DNA of 64,000 nt from NCBI GenBank assembly GCA_002633005.1, contig NMRA01000111.1, forward strand, positions 800,656 to 864,655, given 5' to 3'. This DNA is from Phoronis australis. Lineage: Eukaryota; Animalia; Phoronida. Positions 61,212-64,000 of this stretch are shown here, piece after piece. How positions within the stretch are numbered: position 1 is the stretch's first letter; every line of letters begins with the position of its first letter. Position numbers and translations under genes: made by a program. The notes under the pieces were generated by a model, which was given only the letters and a program-made list of their open reading frames with translations, was not told where the DNA came from and searched no databases.

Positions 61212-61829
61212 TTGTGACTGTCTAGCTCAGCCATTATATTGAAATGTGGAGTCGGAATTTGTCATTTGTTTAGAGGTTCAGAATGATACTATAAGACAGA
61301 TCCTGGCTTGAGATTGAACATTGTGATGAAGAAATAAGGTCAGACATGACTTGTTCTGTGCACAGTGGTCATGATTCTCAAAAGGATGATTTGTTCTTTG
61401 GACAATATTGTCAATTAAAACTCAATCTTCACAAAAATAGACATGTAGATTCCCATGTTAATGTTTATTTATTTCTATTTATTTAGGGTATAGTTTCTGT
61501 GTAACTTACAAATGAGCAATATTTTCTAGACAATTCACATTGCGAAATACAGTATTCAGGCCTGTTTTCTTAGGGTACATATTCATTTGTCATCCACCTA
61601 CTGGCCCTCATTGTCTCACCTCATTGCCCGATGCATAGTAACTTGCCTAAAATTTCCTACACATTGGTTATGGTTTGACCTTTTCAAATATAACTGTTTC
61701 TTGCTTATTTCCAAACCGGTGTTCCTGTATCACATGCTTAATGTTGCACTCAAATTCTTAGCATTCTGACCTCTAATCCGTGTGTTAACATGAATATGGC
61801 TAAAGGAGTCAGAAAAAGAACACCCTGCG

Positions 61830-61968
61830 CAGTGGCAGGTTTAGAGGGGGGTCAAGGGGCCGTGGCCCCCCTAAAATTCTCCCAGATTCCATTTGGCAGT
61901 TCGGGGGTGTGAAAGTCTGACGGGCAAAATCTTGGCCCCTCTAACTCAAAATCCTGGATCCGCCCCTG
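61830..61968. mobile_element. MITE family A
   Basis: CAGTGGCAGGTTTAG ... GGATCCGCCCCTG with TSD CTGCG. Confidence 0.85.
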
Positions 61969-62202
61969 CTGCGGTGGTCCGAGGTTTGTCATCGGTGCAA
62001 AAGTTTTCAATAGGTTGAGAAAGTTTTCGTTTAAGTGGAAGATTGTGTAGAGCTGACTTAAGTTAAAATAACACCACTGAGCAGTTCTTACCATAACCTA
62101 GTAGAGCTAAGAGTTTATGAATGACACTTGGTTTTAGAACTTTAGCCTTCCGAGAAATTCCTAAAGTGGGGTCCCAAGGCACTATTTGGAAAATGTTCCT
62201 CC

Positions 62203-63597
62203 TTTTTACGGCCACACTCATGTTTATATGTGGGTGCATATTGTCATCTCGGTACGGGCGTCTGGCGTCTGTGCGGGCTGTATCTCTTAAAGCCCTTGCA
62301 GGATCTTATTGAAATTTAGCTATTGTGTTCCCATGTGGCTGGCGACGGATGACCACGAGTTTCGGACTAACCAGAGTACCGCTGTGCTCTCTAGTGGGAA
62401 TTTTAATTCTTTACGTTTGCCTGTGTATCTGCGGATCTCCTTGACGAATTTTCATGAAGTTCAGCAAATAGGTTTTTAATACGGAGGTGATGGTGCCATT
62501 CCACTTTCGGACGCATTCGATGAATTTAGGCAACCTTCTGGACATTTTTGTTATTTTTTCGTCCGTTTTTTTGGCGTCCGCCTCTGCCCGCTTCTCAAAG
62601 GATCATCTTGAGAATTTACAGATGTGTTCCCGATGAGAAGGCCATGACTGACTTTCAGACGGGTACGACTACTGTGTTGCCCCCTAGTGGAGATTTTCTT
62701 TCTGCGTCTGTAGCCGGATCTCCATAACCCTTTGAAGAAGCTTTGTCAAATTTGAAAGATGTTTTTCTATGGAGCCATCGACGAACGGTAACGAGTGTCG
62801 AGCGGATTCAAGTACCACTGTGCCCCCACTGAATGGGCAAAATGATTTTTTTTAAGTTTGCCTTTGCATCTCCAGAATTCAGCTTTGTATTTTATGAAAT
62901 TCGGCAAACAGGTTTCAATTAAGGAGACCACAACCGGCCTTCCCATTTTCAGACTGATTTGTTTCTTTGCGCCATCTGGTGGACATTTTTGTTATTTTTC
63001 GTCTGTTTTGTCCCCCTCCCTATCTGCCATACTGCTCAAAAGGTCATTATGAGAATTTAGTGACGTGTTTCTGATGAGAAGACTAAGACTGAAGTTGACT
63101 TTCGGACGGGTCCGACTACTGTGTCGCTCCCTATAGGTGATTTAGTTTTTTTACGTCTGAGGCCGAATCTCCTTACCGGGATTTTCTCTAAATACGCACA
63201 TAAGCGTGTATTTGAAAAGTAAACATTTTGTAACACCAAATAAACGCCGGGGCGTGTAAAGGAAAGTCCTAGTTTTGCTGACTTCGATATATCTTACTTA
63301 AAATTGTGTTTTTAAATTTTATGTTAATAGATATAAATCCATAGTTCGCCAACGCCTTGTTCGTTTTTATAATTGATAAATGCTGCACCAAACTGAATTT
63401 GTGACAAAAAGTTGACGCAGAGTGGACTTGACCCCAAAAGTTGTAACACCAAATCGGGTAGTCTTATCTAAGGAAAATCCCGGTAACCTTTTGAAGAAGC
63501 TTTGTGAAATTTGAAAAAAAAATTCTATGGAGCCGACGACAAACTAAAAAATGTCGAACTAATCCAAATACTACTGTGCCCACTCGTGGCAAATTAG
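62203..63597. mobile_element. Helentron-like (HINE) element, reverse orientation, truncated, with a nested MITE
   Basis: TTTTTACGGCCACAC..TGTGGGTGCATATTGTCATCTC end as in 59560, with internal repeats containing CCCCTAGTGG and CCATCTGGTGG. Confidence 0.7.
63176..63483. mobile_element. TA-flanked MITE nested in the HINE element
   Basis: TA|CCGGGATTTTC ... GAAAATCCCGG|TA. The empty site (CTCCATAACCCTTTGAAGAAGC) is visible in the preceding repeat unit at ~62720. Confidence 0.8.
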
Positions 63598-64000
63598 TTG
63601 TTAAATAGTAGTTAATAAAAGTTCAAGACATCGTATACATAACTGAATAATATACAAACGTCTGAGAATATCGAAGGCATTATATTTGCTACACGTACAG
63701 AACACTTGACTTCTGATAATTCTTTTAAAACTTATTAAAGATGATGCAGATAGATTTGGACTTGTAGATCGAATAGAGTGTTCTATATATAAGCCCCGCT
63801 GTAAGTAAATGATTATATTGCATTTCTGGATTTTGGCAAATTGAAATTGGATGTGCGTGAAACCCTGTGTCATGTAGCGAGTAGCAGTCATAGTAAATTT
63901 CATACTTTTAAGTACTTTGTTAGTACAAGACGGCTATAACAGTCATTATACATGCGCGCACCCGGGGAGGGCCCCCATTTGTTGGCGAAGTAGGCAAAAA

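Noticed and set aside
1-64000. Remaining short ORFs (60-130 aa) in the ORF track; tRNA/rRNA genes
   Set aside because: The ORFs fall in introns, repeats or antisense to real exons, with no recognisable motifs. No cloverleaf or rRNA-like sequence was seen, though small ncRNAs cannot be excluded without covariance searches.

Overview
This is eukaryotic, AT-rich, intron-containing animal DNA; the repeat landscape looks like a marine invertebrate (inference). I reconstructed five spliced or single-exon genes by hand from GT-AG sites and exon phase: (1) a partial WSC + Sushi/CCP domain protein (-, ~1390-3441); (2) USO1/p115 vesicle tether (-, 9380-31972; 20 exons found, one coding segment lost in the gap at N 21461); (3) an ELOVL-family elongase (+, 32412-37387), head-to-head with USO1; (4) an intronless ELOVL3/6-type elongase (-, 47132-47947); (5) TXNDC15 (+, 54123-61211). 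Introns and intergenic DNA contain many non-autonomous DNA transposons and two LINE 3' fragments. The most unusual observations are: a 72-bp minisatellite in USO1 whose unit is the exon 3' end (CTNILSQ) plus its splice donor, giving 16 in-frame donor copies; a second, older exon-end/donor tandem duplication in the same gene; a U12-type intron containing a ~200-bp foldback; Helentron-like elements carrying co-oriented arrays of CTCF-consensus motifs; and a long-TIR transposon family seen only in promoter-proximal first introns. All calls come from manual reading with no database searches. Single Ns (8301, 21461, 30518, 42156, 51975) and the run at 729-741 mark assembly gaps or uncertain bases.
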